Below, piece by piece: positions 36,301-51,300 of a stretch of 64,000 nt of DNA. Source of the stretch: Octopus sinensis (Eukaryota); contig NC_042997.1 in the NCBI RefSeq assembly GCF_006345805.1, positions 162,192,001 to 162,256,000 on the forward strand, written 5' to 3'. Position numbers and translations under genes: made by a program. A model generated the notes under the pieces. The model did no database searches. It had not been told where the DNA came from and saw nothing but the letters and a program-made list of their open reading frames with translations. Each line of letters begins with the position of its first letter. Within the stretch, counting starts at the first letter, position 1.

Positions 36301-39300
36301 CTGTTTGGATGGGTGACAGTACTTTGTTGGAGTAAATGCTTTTAATACTGGATATCCTTTTAGCTACTAATCAATCAACAACCAAGTAGGGTTGGAATTG
36401 CTTGCAGAGATATGTAACCTAGCCCAAAGCAATAACACAATGGCTGTCATATGTGGCCACTAGTCCAGAACAATAATCTTAATGATTGCAACTCATCAAA
36501 TTAAATACTTTATAAATTAAAAAAAAAAAAAAGAACAGAAAAGAATGGGTAGAATGCAATGTTACAAAATTGATAATTTCTCAAATCAGTGACTGGCCAA
36601 AGTTAAGATTATTGAAACTGGAAATTATGAAAAACTATTTAAAAAATTTCATACCATGTTTATCATAAAGATGAAACAAAAATTTGATTAACCTTTTCTT
36701 ATGACTCCTTAAAGTTTCCAGCATTTTTTCTTTCTCTGCACTTCGTAGATGTGTTCCCAGCTAACACAGAAAGAAAATATCTTTAGTTTACACATATAGA
36801 GAATAACACATGTATATACATCATCATCATTTAGCGTCTGCTTTCCATAAGCTGGAGAGCTGTACCAGGTTGCAATCTGATTTGGCATGGTTTCTACAGC
36901 TGGATACTCTTCCTAGTGCCATTATAACAATTTCCTTTCAATTAAATGTTTCCCCAAATTTGCAATAAACATTTGATGTACTATAGGGTAGAAAAGCTGA
37001 TCAAGACATATACAAACTGGGAACCAATTCTGAAGAATTAACTATATTTTCATCAGTAATGTTGTGACTCAGTTCAAAGCAAACAGTACAATAACACCAA
37101 ATAAAAAAAAAAAAGAAGCCATCAACTTATTATCACTATCATCAGTATACATCTGATTTTCTATGTCAGTATGGTCTGAACACATTTTCTGAATAGATGT
37201 TTATCCTTATAGTCACCTCTATGACATGCAGGGACACTGTAGTCTTCTCTCAAGTACTGAAACATAAACCTGTGACTATTGTAATTGTGAATCGGACTCA
37301 AAGTGTAGAGGAAAAGATTACATATTTGAGAAGTACAATTCCCAACAGCCTGGACACAGTGGTGGATTGCTTCATGCAACCAGCTGTGGTTGCTTTTGGA
37401 AAGCGCAATGATTGACTGTAGAAACTGTGGCATAAAATTGTCAACAAAATGCAGCTCACTGATCAGTAGTACTATACTGTGTAGTATTCTACAGAGATCT
37501 ACACACTGCATTGTCAGCATATAAAAAAGTTGATGAGCTGTCAGTTGCACAACTATTATCTATAATGAACATCTGTTGAGATCAAATCTCCAACCAGGAG
37601 ATTTTGCAGTGAGAAAATATGCCTTGCATAGAGCCTATCCTGTTGGAATCGCAGTTGCACTTGGTGGGAAATATATATTTGTGAGGAGGACCCCAGGATT
37701 GTGCTCTGTTGAAAGTTGAAATGTAGAAGCCATTGGCAAAGACACTTGAAACGAAATTCTGTTATAAGATTCTCTGTCAAGTGACCTCTAAATGAAATGG
37801 GTTGCCTGATTGTAACTCCATGAGGGAAGATAGCAAATGACAGCAAACAATGGCTGAAGACAATAAAAGAGTAAATGTTAGTCACATTGGATGAAACAAA
37901 GCAAAGGGAGAAAAAGCTACAGCAAGATTCACACTACACCAGGCCTACCAACAGTACTTTCCAGTAATAGCTGCAGGTGGGGGTTGCGCAAGCACTTTTT
38001 GTCTACAATCCCATGAAAGAGTAAAGCATAGGTGAGAAAGTTTCTTCAAGTTTTGAGAGAGAGAAAAGTAAAACAGAAATTCCCTCCTGCTACCATGTCA
38101 TACACATGAATGACAATCAAGAACACACACATGTACATACTGGCATGGCTATGTGACTCAGAAGTTCATTTTGCATCTATCTGTATGGTTTTTAATTTGA
38201 TCTCACTGTGTGGTACTTTGGGCCAACGTCTTTTACTATAGTATTAGGCTGACTAATATTTATGAATGAAATTCAATAGATGGAAACTATACGAGTGCCT
38301 GTTGCATAGATATATATATATGCCTGTCTTGATGTGTCTATGTATCTTCACTTTGACATAGTTTTGGTAGTAGTGGTGTTTGCTTATATCTCACAGCGGA
38401 ATTGTTCAACATACTAAAACTACTGGTACAATGTAAGATACCTGGAAACAAGGACTCACACACATGTGTAAACATGATAAAACCATAACTGTTTCCATGT
38501 TTATTAATGTTAGTGGAACAATTCTAATTAAGAAGTGAAATTTATTCACAGTCTCAATTTACAAAAAAAGTGACAAAACACACATGCACAAGCCAAACTA
38601 GCCTTCCAGTCACTCAAACTGCAAGGAATAGCAACCAAATATCCTTCAAATCACACTCTAATATCATAAAAAGAAAGGACACATTAGATAATGTAATTTT
38701 AGAATTACCATGTTTCACATAAAAAAAAAAATAAATGAAAATGACTAGATGGCCACAGCTGGAACATTTTCCATAAGTCTGTTTAATAAGAGTTTACCAT
38801 AGGATATTACTATCCACTATATAAAACTGAATAATTTAAGAAAAAGTCTTTCATACCGAGTCCAGTTGCAGGTTCTGCCAATTCATATAGACCCAAGGCA
38901 TTATTACTTTATCTAAATCATAGTATTTTTTCTGGTGAACGATATACAAATTGAACAAGGCCAATTGAGCAACATCAATCCTACAATTGAAAAGGAAAAG
39001 AAATAATAGAAGAATTTGCACAAACAAAATAATAACATATTGCTTAAAATTTCTACAAGTTCATCTTAAGATATTTAAAAAAAAAATCGTATCCTTTCTA
39101 ATCACTAATATCATCATTTAATGTCCATTTTCCATGCTGGTATGGGTTGGTCTTGGCTTACATCACCTAGTTTTCTCAAGTGTTCACTCATCTAAGTACT
39201 AACTAGACTTGACATTGCTCAACTGCAGTGATCAGACAAGAGCCAGTGCTTTCAGTATGATATTGCGTGTTGTAAAAAAAGAGGGACATTAAAAATAAAT

Positions 39301-42300
39301 GATTTAATGTACTTTCATTATTTGTTATCACCATCGTTTAATGTCCGCTTTCCATGCTAGCATGGGTTGGACGATTTGACTGAGGACTGGCAAACTAGAT
39401 GGCTGTACCAGGCTCCAATCTGATCTGGCAGAGTTTCTACAGCTGGATGCCCTTCCTAATGCCAACCACTCCGAGAGTGTAGTGGGTGCTTTTACGTGCC
39501 ACTGGCACGAGGGCCAGTCAGGCTGTACTGGCAACAGCCACGCTCAAATGGTGTTTTTTTATGTGCCACCTGTACAGGAGCCAGTCCATCAGCACTGGCA
39601 ACGATCATGCTCGAATGATGCTTTTTATGTGCCACCGGCATATTTTCTTTTAAAATTATTTTACATCACAGTTCAATGATAAACTTCAGGATGGTCAGAA
39701 AATTCAAACATTTGGATGACATTATGAGTAGCTAATACTTCTTCAGCTATCATTCACTGAAGTGTGTTCCAACCAGGAACTTAAAATCAAATCATTATTT
39801 AGGAATAGAAGAAATATCATCACAAATTGGTAGTTATGTAAATATACAAGTCTTACACTGTAAGCCTTGTCAAACATAGTTTATTATTATTATTGAAATA
39901 GAAAAAAAAATGACACAACTAATATTTTCTTAGGTATTATTAATTAATCAGATTTTCTCCTTAATACATTAAGCACGATGGCACTAACTTGACTTATTTA
40001 TGCATGAACTGAACAAGATCAATTAAGCAACATCAACTGTTGTTCATTTTGTTAGATAAAGGAAAGTATAATATACTTTAATAAAAATTACAGTGTGATA
40101 TGGGAGCATCACTTGATCTATCTTGAATGCAGTGATCTACATGATCCCATTCTGAAGAATAATAAAGTAGCTTACTAGCTAATAATATAGTCTTTAAACA
40201 TTCAGTTAATGTTTACATTAAAAAAAACCTCAGTATTTAATTTGCAATGATTTTAAGTATTTCAAATGTAATACTTGTAAATAGATAGTTTAAATCAGTG
40301 CTTCTCAAACTATCTGATGTGGCATACCCACAGTTTTTTTTTTCCCATGTGCCGGGGACTGGTAATATTTCTTGTGATATTAATTTACACTGGAAACAAT
40401 ATATATAATGAGTATAATAAAAGTTGACAATTTTTTTTTATCTTATATTTATTTTGTAAACAAATAACACATGTGCATTTTATAATGTTTCCTTCTTTTC
40501 AGGAAACTCGCGGATCACTACTTTGAGTAGCAGTGGTTTAAATGAATCACAGGGAAACAAAGTGAAGAAAAACTATATTGTTTAATTTTAATACAAACCT
40601 TAAATTAAGAAATGTTAAAATTAAACATAATTTATCCTCACCGGGCCATTTACTAACCATTTTAATGGAATACGTTTCAGATATTCTGGTCCAGAATTGC
40701 AGAAGGAGCATACAAACATATAGAATCTATCACCATACAACAAAGGCTGATCGAGACACTGGATACAAGCTAGAAACAAATCATAAGAAATTAATAATGC
40801 TTTAACAGTTCCTTTTAAGTTTTAAATACTGCATAAAACATATTAGACACAATAAACAATAGAAAGTGGGAAATTATTCTCAACTTAATTCTAAGATTCA
40901 GTTACTAGTTTTATTTATTTAATAGGAATTACTCGAGGTACTAATTTTGAAATTTGGTTTAGAATTTTATAACAGAATACAGTTATATACCTATGTATAG
41001 AAATACAACAAAACTGGGACAAAGTATAAAATGCTAAGACTTAAAAAATATTTTGAATGGTTGTACTTTGATGAATTAATAAGTGGAAGTCTAAATTTTA
41101 ATTTACTCAATCCACTACAAACTAAAATAAAATTATTTAAAAACATTCAAAACCTATTTGCCTAAAATTCTTTAGCAATAAATGGACTATAATTGAAATG
41201 CATTCTATATTTTAAGACTTACCTTCATGAAACCACATTCGGCAGCGACAACACTGAAGCATCTTAATATACCAACTACAATAACAGAAGTGAAGAAAAT
41301 TCAGAAACAACAAAATAATACTAAACATGTTTTGGCAAAACACTTTAGGAGTTAAATAGCTAATCTTCTTCAGATTCATTTCAAACCAAAAACAGTGTTT
41401 CTATTAGTGTATGGCAAGTGAAAGTTGATTTGAGGAAGAAGCAGTTGAAATTTCCATCACTTTTAGCTCAGTCCTCATTGAGACTAGACATCAATTTAGT
41501 CTCTGAAGCAACAGGACAGCTCATCTTGTTATATTAACTGTACTCTGGATAGAGGATGCACAAGAAGGAGTGAGAGCCAAGTACCCAGGATAGGTAGAGG
41601 ACTAGGTGTTGGCCAGTGCAGGTGAGTAGTTAATTATATGCAGATTGCTTTTTGAGTTAAGGCCTATGAAACTCTGGGCACTACAGGAATGAGTAGAAGG
41701 TGAACCACCAAGAATAACACAGAGGTTGCTGAGAAAGCAACCTCTACACACCCACACTCTTCTGTCCCAGTCACTTCTACTCACTTCGTACTCTGAGGGC
41801 TCACCCCAAAATTTCATCACCACTACTTTTATCTTTTACAAGCTCCACCTGATCACTCTCTCTTCTAAAATATGAGCAGCTATGTAGCTCCTCTATAACA
41901 AGAAACCTGTTCTACTCTGGCTCCTTTTCTCATACTTGAACCCCTCCTAGCATTAAGTCAATACTTTAGGGTTCATAGTCTTGCAAGCTGCATGGTGACT
42001 TCACTTAACATAGTGGCATGAAAAAAAGCATTGCTGGCATCAGGAAGAGCATGGTGCAGACTTTGGATCCATTGAATCTTGTCAAACTGTCCAACTCATG
42101 CTAGCATAGAATACGGGTGTTAAATAATGATGGTAATTATGTTCTGTAAAGTGTAAGGTTGAGAGGTGCCCTTAGTATTGTTGAGGACATTGCACTTTCC
42201 TAGTGCTGATGCTACTGTAAAGTGGTTGACATTAGGAACCACTTTACAGTGGTTGAAGTAGGAAGGACATCCAACCATAGAAACAAAACCAAAATGAATC

Positions 42301-45300
42301 TCACAAGCAAAATATAGCCCTCCAAATTGTCTAGGTGAGCATCATCCCCCGAATGAGTTGACTCCAACTATGATAACCTGTTCCATCCATGCCAGCATGG
42401 AAAGTGGACATAAAAATGATGATGATGACATATATTCGTTTTTATGTATAGTTACAATCAAACATTAGTTGGATCACTCAATATATTTAACTAAAGTATC
42501 ACATTTATTTCATTTCAATGACTGAAGTTTTCACTAAGTTGCCTCTATCAGATTGTAAATTTTTTTTAGTTTTCCAAGCCTTTTACAAATTTTTCAAACA
42601 CGATGAACCAAAAAATACATTTAAAAAATGGCTAATAATTCAGAATTATCAAAGCAGTAACATATTGTTAACCACTCCCACTAAAAGAGAAATAAAATAT
42701 TTATAAACTTCACTACCAAAATGAAATGAAAATTACTCACATGCCTGGACCACCACAGTAGCAATAACTCTGTTCAAGATTGGTTTTATGCTGAGCATCC
42801 CATGTTAACTCATTCAGCTGAAGAAAATTGCCATCAAGAGAAGAAGGGCAAGATAACAGAAAAAAAAAATGTAATTAGTATGACAGTTAAGTTAAAAACA
42901 ATCTATTGGCAGGTAATAAGCCCAAAAGAAACAATAATCAGAAAATATTGTGAACTGCATGAAAACACAAACATATTAAAAATATAGTCATATAGATTTG
43001 GTTAAATGGTACAAGTCACAACACATTTTCAACTTCTGGGCTGTAATTTTTGATGCATTTCAATTTTTAGCACAGATTGAATCCTGTGAGGAACTGCAAC
43101 ACCAATTAGCAAAGTTTACAATAGAAACAATTGAAAGATATGGCAGCAGTTTGTTGATTTCTCAAACAAAATGCTGCAAACTTAGGTTGTAGACTTAATC
43201 TATCTGCTAACATAACATCAGCACCAAATCCTCGCATGCCTTTATCAGAGTTCACTATGTTGCATCTCAGACCAAGTTTACAATCTGAAGACAGTTTCTA
43301 TATGGTTGTGCTACTCTCAAGTAGCAAACCCATTAGTCATGGGGTTTTTCTCCTTGTCCTTCATCTATCTTGGAGGTCATACATAGGTGCCTACTCTTCC
43401 TTTCAGAGTAAACAAGATAAAAAAAAAAAAAAAACTGCCACATCACTCCATTAATGCAATATCACAAACCGGTCACTATTTGTTGCTGCAGATTGACACA
43501 AAAATTAAGCAATGTCTTTTAGATTGTTCCTTTCCATAACTTGTCATGGGGCAGAATCCATGAATCCATTCTATATTGATAATAGCTGGACACTCAACAA
43601 GGTTCTAAGCAGAAATGAAAAACTTAACTTGCTTGAAGAACTGACTACTGATAAAAATAATAGTATTAGCTGGTTTACAGATAAATATTTCAGTTTCCTG
43701 TGTATTGATTCTCAATATGCTAATCTTTCTTTTAGTAAATTGATTATCTGTCATAAAGTTGTACTTGCTTTGTTTTAGCAGTTGATTGCTGCCTTGCTAA
43801 TCTGAGCATGAGATAGAGGGTCTAACTATCTTGTACATTTTTTTATATAATAATCTGTGATGTTTTCCTTGCCCCAAATGTCATTGAAAAGCTTTAATTA
43901 CAAGAGGATTACTAGATAAAATAAATAAGACCTTTCAATTCAATTATGCATATTTTCTATATTTTAATTATAATTAAAGAAATGAAAAGATAACAACTTA
44001 CATTATACGGTAGAGATTGTTTCATCATTTGCAGAGCCTGTGCTGAAAGTGAAAAAAAGAAAACAAAATGCAATGGAATAATAGAGCCAACTTAAAAATT
44101 ATATCAGCATTTAATTTTTAATGGAAACAAAGTTATCTATAAAAATATCATGAATGTTTTATTAATTAAAATTAAAGATTTATGTACAAAAAAAATGTTT
44201 AAATGCATATTTTCATACAGTTTAAAATAAATTCTCATATGGTCAGTTATATAGCAAAGAATAGTAGAAATGTTTATGTAAAAATATTTACTAGAAAGAA
44301 AGAGGTTCCTGTAGGAAAATGGAGAAATGGAACTGACAAGAACATTGACCCTAGTTAAAAAACAAAAAAATGGTAGTATTTTAACTAATATCAAACTTTT
44401 CAAATAAAATTTATCAATCCATCACCTTATGTATTAGCAGCAAACTAATACAAGCAAGAAACAATTTAAATGTTTCAAATAACAAGAAACATCTTAGAAA
44501 ATATTTAAAAAAAAACAAAACAAGAAACAATAACAGATATTTGGAAGGTTTCAGAAGTTTACAAAGCACTCACTCACCGTTAGGTCCACTCTTTAAAGCA
44601 CCTCCACGCTGAAAAGATTTGGGGGCGAAATTTAAAGTAAGAAAATGTTCTGTGTGGAAGGTACAGAAGAGAGAATTAACTTCTACGTTAACTATTTACA
44701 AATTACACCATTCACAAATATCTGAAATCAATACAGCTAACCACCCATTGATAAGTATCTAAAAATTAGGTGAAGCAAATGACAATTCATCACACTAATA
44801 CCGAGACGAAGGAATAACTGGTTAATTAACAACTGTCACCAGTATGTAACAGATCTTTATCAAATAGCAGTTATGCAAGAAAAGACATTACTATTTGAAG
44901 ATCACTTAATTTAAAATCATGAAAACCCTTTTTAATGAAGTGGGGAGAAAGAGATAGAAAGAGAAAGGGTGAGAAAGTGAATTACCATTCGAATCTCTAA
45001 AAAGATATTTATCTAATCTGTTAAATTAGGGAAAGGATATTATTAAAAAATAATCTCACCTAGCCTACTTCATTGACTCTTAGAAATGATATCTTTATGA
45101 AAATTTATATAAGCTACTAGCTAGCAAATCTGGATTAATAAATTTGAAGAATCTCAAATTTAATTTCAAGTGTTTTCTCTACAAGTTAAAAAACACAAAC
45201 ACTAAGAAAAATTGTGATGACAAAATATTTTCTGAACATAATTTAGCAGCAGTGTTTAGAAAATGCAGATATTGTCACAAAGTATATTCTGCAATTTTTT

Positions 45301-48300
45301 TGAATCATCTGTTTAGAAAATGGCCAGCCAAATACATGCCCTTATGCTGTATTTAATGAGCTGCATGACTTTTTCAGTAACTCTTCTTAAGCTTTAAGTG
45401 AGAGTATGAGGTGTTGTGATGCAAATATTTTTGCTAAGTACCGCGATAGAAATATTCCTTCTCTAAAACTACTGATAGAAATAAATAAAATCATGGCATG
45501 TATCAAAAAGCCTACACATTAGCCACTCTGATGTCTTTATAAATTTCAGATATAATCAGTTACACAATCGCATACACACAAATATTTTCAAGACTTAAAT
45601 ATACGTAATTAGTACACAGTGAACCTAAGTAATTATAAAACAGTATTTATAAAAAGTTATAAATATATATGCATACACATTTATACACACATACATACAC
45701 AGACAAAATATATGTTTATATACGACAGTGTCAAAAACAAATTATATACCAGTGTGTACAGTAATGATATATTAGTTCAGTGCAATTAACTTATTAAATA
45801 AGGCACTCACTTTTACTGTTGTAGCAAAGACACACAAACGGCAAAGCCATTCCACTTCAGGATTTAAGACCTGAGTATCAATGGCAGGGTTGTGGCAAAG
45901 TTGATGGTACCCTGGAGAGATCGAAAAAGAAACACAGCAATGTTATCCCAACACAAATTGAATATCTGAAGATATTTATTTTGGTTAAAGGGAATTTGCC
46001 GGCACTGTTGTTGTGAATGAGCAAGAATAATTAGGAGCAGGTAAGCTTGGAGTTAATTTAAATTGCATTTTATTATTAAAATCTTTTCAATTTTGCAGTA
46101 GTTTAAATGTATAACAATCCAAGATAATTTCAAAATTAATTAGTTTCATTTTAATTTAAGTAAATAACTTGAATCTTTGTCAAAAGAACTGATAACAATC
46201 CAAACAGATCAATTGTGTTAGTTTCAATTAATATAATCAAGAAATGATTTGAAAAGAAATTGCTAATTTTCTTTTTTTTCTTTTAAATAATGTTAACAGG
46301 CCCTCAGAGACTGGTAAGATTAATATAGAGTTGGTATTAAGCTTGAACAGCACCAAGTACACAACTGCAGGTAAAATGTGAACAGGAAGAAAATTCCAAA
46401 GAATCACTTTCTAAAGAAGGATTTGGCATAGTGGTTAATGCAGGGTCTGAGAAAACACAAATTAGGTGATGAGAAGAGAAGTTTGTGTGTCAAGTAGAGG
46501 TGATAAGCAGCAGTTATCTAGCTCTGAGAAGCGGAGGCCTGTAAAAAATGTAGCTCACTATACTTCTGGTAGAAGTACAATTGGCTAGATATTGGAAACC
46601 TAAATAGGTAACAACTGTGTTGCCTCAGATGTGCAAGCAAGCTTACTAGTTATTCATGACTAAAATAGTTACAAGGGTGCAATTTTTGTTATGTTACGAA
46701 TGAGTGCGAGAGCCAAAAGCATGGGGGACCAGTAATTATGGGGCCTGGTATATGTAGTGACTTTGAAGGTTTCAGTTGCATGCTGTCCAAGAATGAAGAT
46801 GAAGAGGAGTTTTCTTTGGTATATGTAGTGAGACTGTGTCTTTGTACTGTTGAGGTCCTTTGTTTATAAAGAATAGATTGGATGTATGAAGTCTATTGCC
46901 TGTAGATAATGTGTCCAAAAGGTTATGGAGGAATGAAGAATGATATAATCTAGATAGGCATAGTGTTGTTAGAAGTAACAGTAACTTGTTAATACATAAA
47001 AGGAAGAGTATAGGCAACATAATCAGCAATCTGACAGGAAGCTTCTGACCCAAGAGTCGTATGAAACTCATAGGTGATCAGTTTAGTAAAAAGAGTTTCA
47101 TGACAGGCATGCTCAAATGTTTTACTTATTTCAAGTGCAAAGATATTGCTGTTTTCACCAAATGCCTCAGATATGAAGTATCATTATGTACTAACATAAA
47201 GGAGTAAATTTCCAACAACATGGCTGTATGGAAATCATACTGGTGGTCGTTGATAAGGGAGAGATACTCAAAGTCATATAGAAGGTGATTGTTAAACATT
47301 TCCATTACTTGGAAAGGAGTGTGATATAAAGGTAGTTGGAAAGGTAAGAAAAATTGCTTTTCTTCAGGAAGTGACACAATAAACATATTTCCAAATATTG
47401 GAATAGTTCCTTGTAGAGAAAGACTGGAAAGGACATTGTCAAGGTTGGTGGCTTTGTAGTAATGAGAATGATGGAATAGAGAAGGAAAGTTTTATGAGAG
47501 TTTTGTAGAGCAGGTGCAATGTGAATGCTACATACAAATTGGGCAGCAAATATACAAGCTTTTGCCACAGCAGTATTGCAACAAGTCATCAAAGCTGGAA
47601 AGTGGGTAGGATTTAACAAAGTTGGTAGTTTGGGATTTTTCTATTTCTAGGTATTGTAGACAGTATCTTTAAACTATATTGCTTCAACATATGAACCATA
47701 TGAGGGTCATGATCTTTAATGAAGGTGTGAAGGGACATGATAGAGGGAATAGTTCAAACCACCTGCTTAGCTGTCTCAGATACGTGAGGTACAAAAACAT
47801 TTCTTAGCTTAAAAGTGGCAGAGCTTGTTACCTGACTTGACATACTATATGGGTATAAAATGGAAACATTACATAGTATGTGGATGTGTGGTGAGTAGCC
47901 ATGATCAGGTAGTCATAGGATTGTCTGATAGGTGTGAAGAAGAAGGTTGTAAAGATGAGAAAGAGAGGAAAGATGTATGGAGTTTCTGTTAGTAATATCT
48001 GAGGGTTCAGCATGGCCAAAGATCTTTGCACCACTAGCATCAGTGTAAGAGATGTATTAGAGCAAAAGAGAATTGGGAATATTGAACACAAAAAGGATGA
48101 TGACTTCAGTGAGCAGTGAAGTGAAATAGATATATTAGATGTTACATGAGAAATAATTGAACACTTAAAGGTAGCTGGAGGAGTTGGCAGAGTCACTGAT
48201 GAATTGAGAGGAGGAAATAAGGGAGGCTTTGAAGTGAAGAAACTCAAAGTCATCCTATTGCTATCCAGAAGAGAATATGTTATGTGCAGGCACCACCTTT

Positions 48301-51300
48301 CAGGTGAAATCTGAATATAATGTAGCCTTTGACAGCAGAGTTGGATTTTAGATAAAGGTGGAAAGTTTTGTCTTGGAAATGAGAAGGATCTGTGGTTTGT
48401 GTTAGAAGAGGTGATGGGCTGTATTCTGGTTTCAATGAATGATTCTTAAACTTTTACATTTTAATTACCAAATTGTTCTACTGGGACCTTGTACTGACTT
48501 ATACAGATATCTTGGACAAGTTTACTGCAATTATTTTAAAGTTCTTTTTGCAACTTTAAAATTTTTCTTGTCTATTATGGAGTAACAAAATTGAAGAATA
48601 ATTCATCATGCACTGCCTTCAATGGGGACTATTTATGGTTTCAAAACCAAAGCTCTCCCTCTACATGGACCTCTTTAAATAGCCTTCATAATCTATTCAT
48701 CTAAACATAACTACTCAAGAGACAAAAGCAAAGTGAAATTATATTTGCTATATTCTCAAATTAATGTTGTATCTTACTTCTAGTCAAATACTTCCATGCC
48801 CTGACAAATTATGTAACCCTAACTGAATAAACTTTGCTATGACTGCTATGATTAGTTTCATACACATTCTTGAAGCACATAGCATTCATGTACCAATTTT
48901 CGACATCATCATCATCTTAAATACACAGTTTACACACCTATTTCACTAACAGGACAATCACTTTCCCATGAATAAATTCTCTCGTTTTAGTCAAACTATT
49001 TCTGATTTAAGATTTATTCAAAATAAGAATAAAATTCAAATATCTCCATTAATAAATAATATAACAGAGGGTTTAAAACTTAGTATGAAATCTGGAAAGC
49101 TTAGCAGAAAGCCAAGAAAACTGACAACACTACAAATGTTTAATGAATTATTTTATAGTTATAAGTATAATTCTGGAATTATCATATACATATACTCTAT
49201 TTACTAATTGGCAATATCATTTCTCTACAACACTATGATTAGTAGTATTATAGATACTACTGCACAAAGATGCATGGTTTAATGGTTATGGTGTTGGGTT
49301 CACAACCATAAGTTATGAATTTGATTCCTAGAACAGGCAGTGCATTATGTCCTTGAGCAAGGCACACCATTTCATATTACTTCTATCAACTCAGCTGAAA
49401 ATGAGTATAAGCCAACTGTTAATACAGCCCTGTCTCCCTCCAGCTGTCACAAGATACAAGCTGCCAAATCATACTCACTTGCTTGCACAATAGCTAAACT
49501 TTAGCACTATAATTAACATTCAATGATTATCTCTGATAGTGGTTCAGCACTTCCATGCTCATAACCCATCATAAGGTGTAAATACACTCTGAAGTAGACC
49601 ACTTCTCCCGTAACATCAGTCACATATTCCAGTTTCAATAATACAACATCTGAATAAAAACAAATCTTCACCTGCCAAAATCATTTCCATCTCTTCTAGT
49701 AGACTGCTGACTTTATATGACCTTCACTTAAGTCTATTTCACAAACCTACCTTTCAGCCTATCATGTAATAGTTACACATGTAAGACACACTGAATAATT
49801 TATCTGACTCTTCTGTAATTCCTTTCATTTTTTTCCTATCAAACTCATCATTGCATAAGGTTACCAAATTATTTCTACCCTGCAGTCTATTTTGGTCTAA
49901 CCCTTTTTAGCATTCAAATTGGCCATATCCAGCCTAAATATTCTACTTTTATGTTCAAATCAGCCAGATGCAGCCTATCATACCTACCCTACAATTGTCT
50001 ATCTAAATATAAGCAATCACATCATGAAAATCTTAAAGCTACAAGATAATGCATGCATTATATTTGACAGAATCTGAATGCTAATGAGCTAAAAATGCAT
50101 ATGGACACTTCATCAGGAAAATTTAAGTCTAACCACAAGAACTCCTCCACCAGCAACTACTTTTATGAACAGATTCCTAATACCCAGACTGATACCAAAG
50201 AAAATGAAATGAATGGAATTATATGTAGAAAATAAGAGGGAGCATGGTTGTGAGTGGACAACGGTTGGTGGACAAAATGCGCTTTACTAGATTTAAAGTT
50301 TTAATTATATGAAGTGCAATAAGTCAATTAGTTTTGCCTTCCGTTAAAAAAAGATTAGAATGAATCTATAAAACTTAATTCTCAAAAATTCTTACCTAAT
50401 CCACAATTATCACAGAGAACTATTTCATCTGGAGCATCTGAAGATTCACCAAGACATGAACAACACATTATTTCTCCTTCTTTAGCTCCTAAAATTAATG
50501 AACAGAAACAATAATGTTAACAAGACATTCAGTTTCTTAGATTGGCAAATATTTCAGTAAAAGTTGGATGGTATTAAAAATACAGATATGTCTTAATTAT
50601 TTAGAATAGGCTCCTCCATCACTTGTTTATTTGTATGTGTATACACACACATACACTTGAACATGAAATGTTCTTTTGAATAAGTAGATAAAGTGAAAAA
50701 AATAAAGCATTTTAGTAAAGCTTATATGACCATGATTTAGTTAAGATTTTTCATTGGCCTTTATGGTGCAATTAGATTTTTTTTTACATATGCTCATTTT
50801 TTTTTCTTCACAGATTTTATTTTTTTTAAAACAAAATCCGTTAATAATAACCCTTTCTATTAAAGACACGAGGCCTGAAATTTTGGTGGAGAGGACTAAT
50901 TGATTACATTGACCCCAGTGTTTCACTGGTACTCAATTTATTGACCTCCGAAAGGATGAAAAGCAAAGTCGACCTTCGTGGAATTTGAACTCAGAACGTA
51001 GCGATGGGTTAAATACCAGTCCTGACTTCATTAATACCACTACTATGAACAATATTTCAAGATATATCCTCTCATTTGATTGCATTTTCTTTCTGACTCT
51101 TTTCAAAATTAATCATTTTTCACTATTATGTTGAATAACTGAATATTCCTATGCCATTAGTATAATCATTTAAATAACTACTATCTTAAACTTTCATCAA
51201 ACATCAATAAAACTGCCGACTGAAAACAACTTCACTTTATTACTTTCTTTGTTATTAAAGTGAAGAATAGACATGCCATAGATCAAAGATACATCAAAGT

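Noticed and set aside
37161-37550. Minus-strand YADN resembling a reverse-transcriptase YADD motif
   Set aside because: The plus strand gives several collinear RTE ORF2 motifs, so the minus-strand match is incidental.
39155-39275. Functional 5S rRNA gene
   Set aside because: Many substitutions including CpG decay, no tandem array and no oligo-T terminator; called a pseudogene or retro-derived copy.
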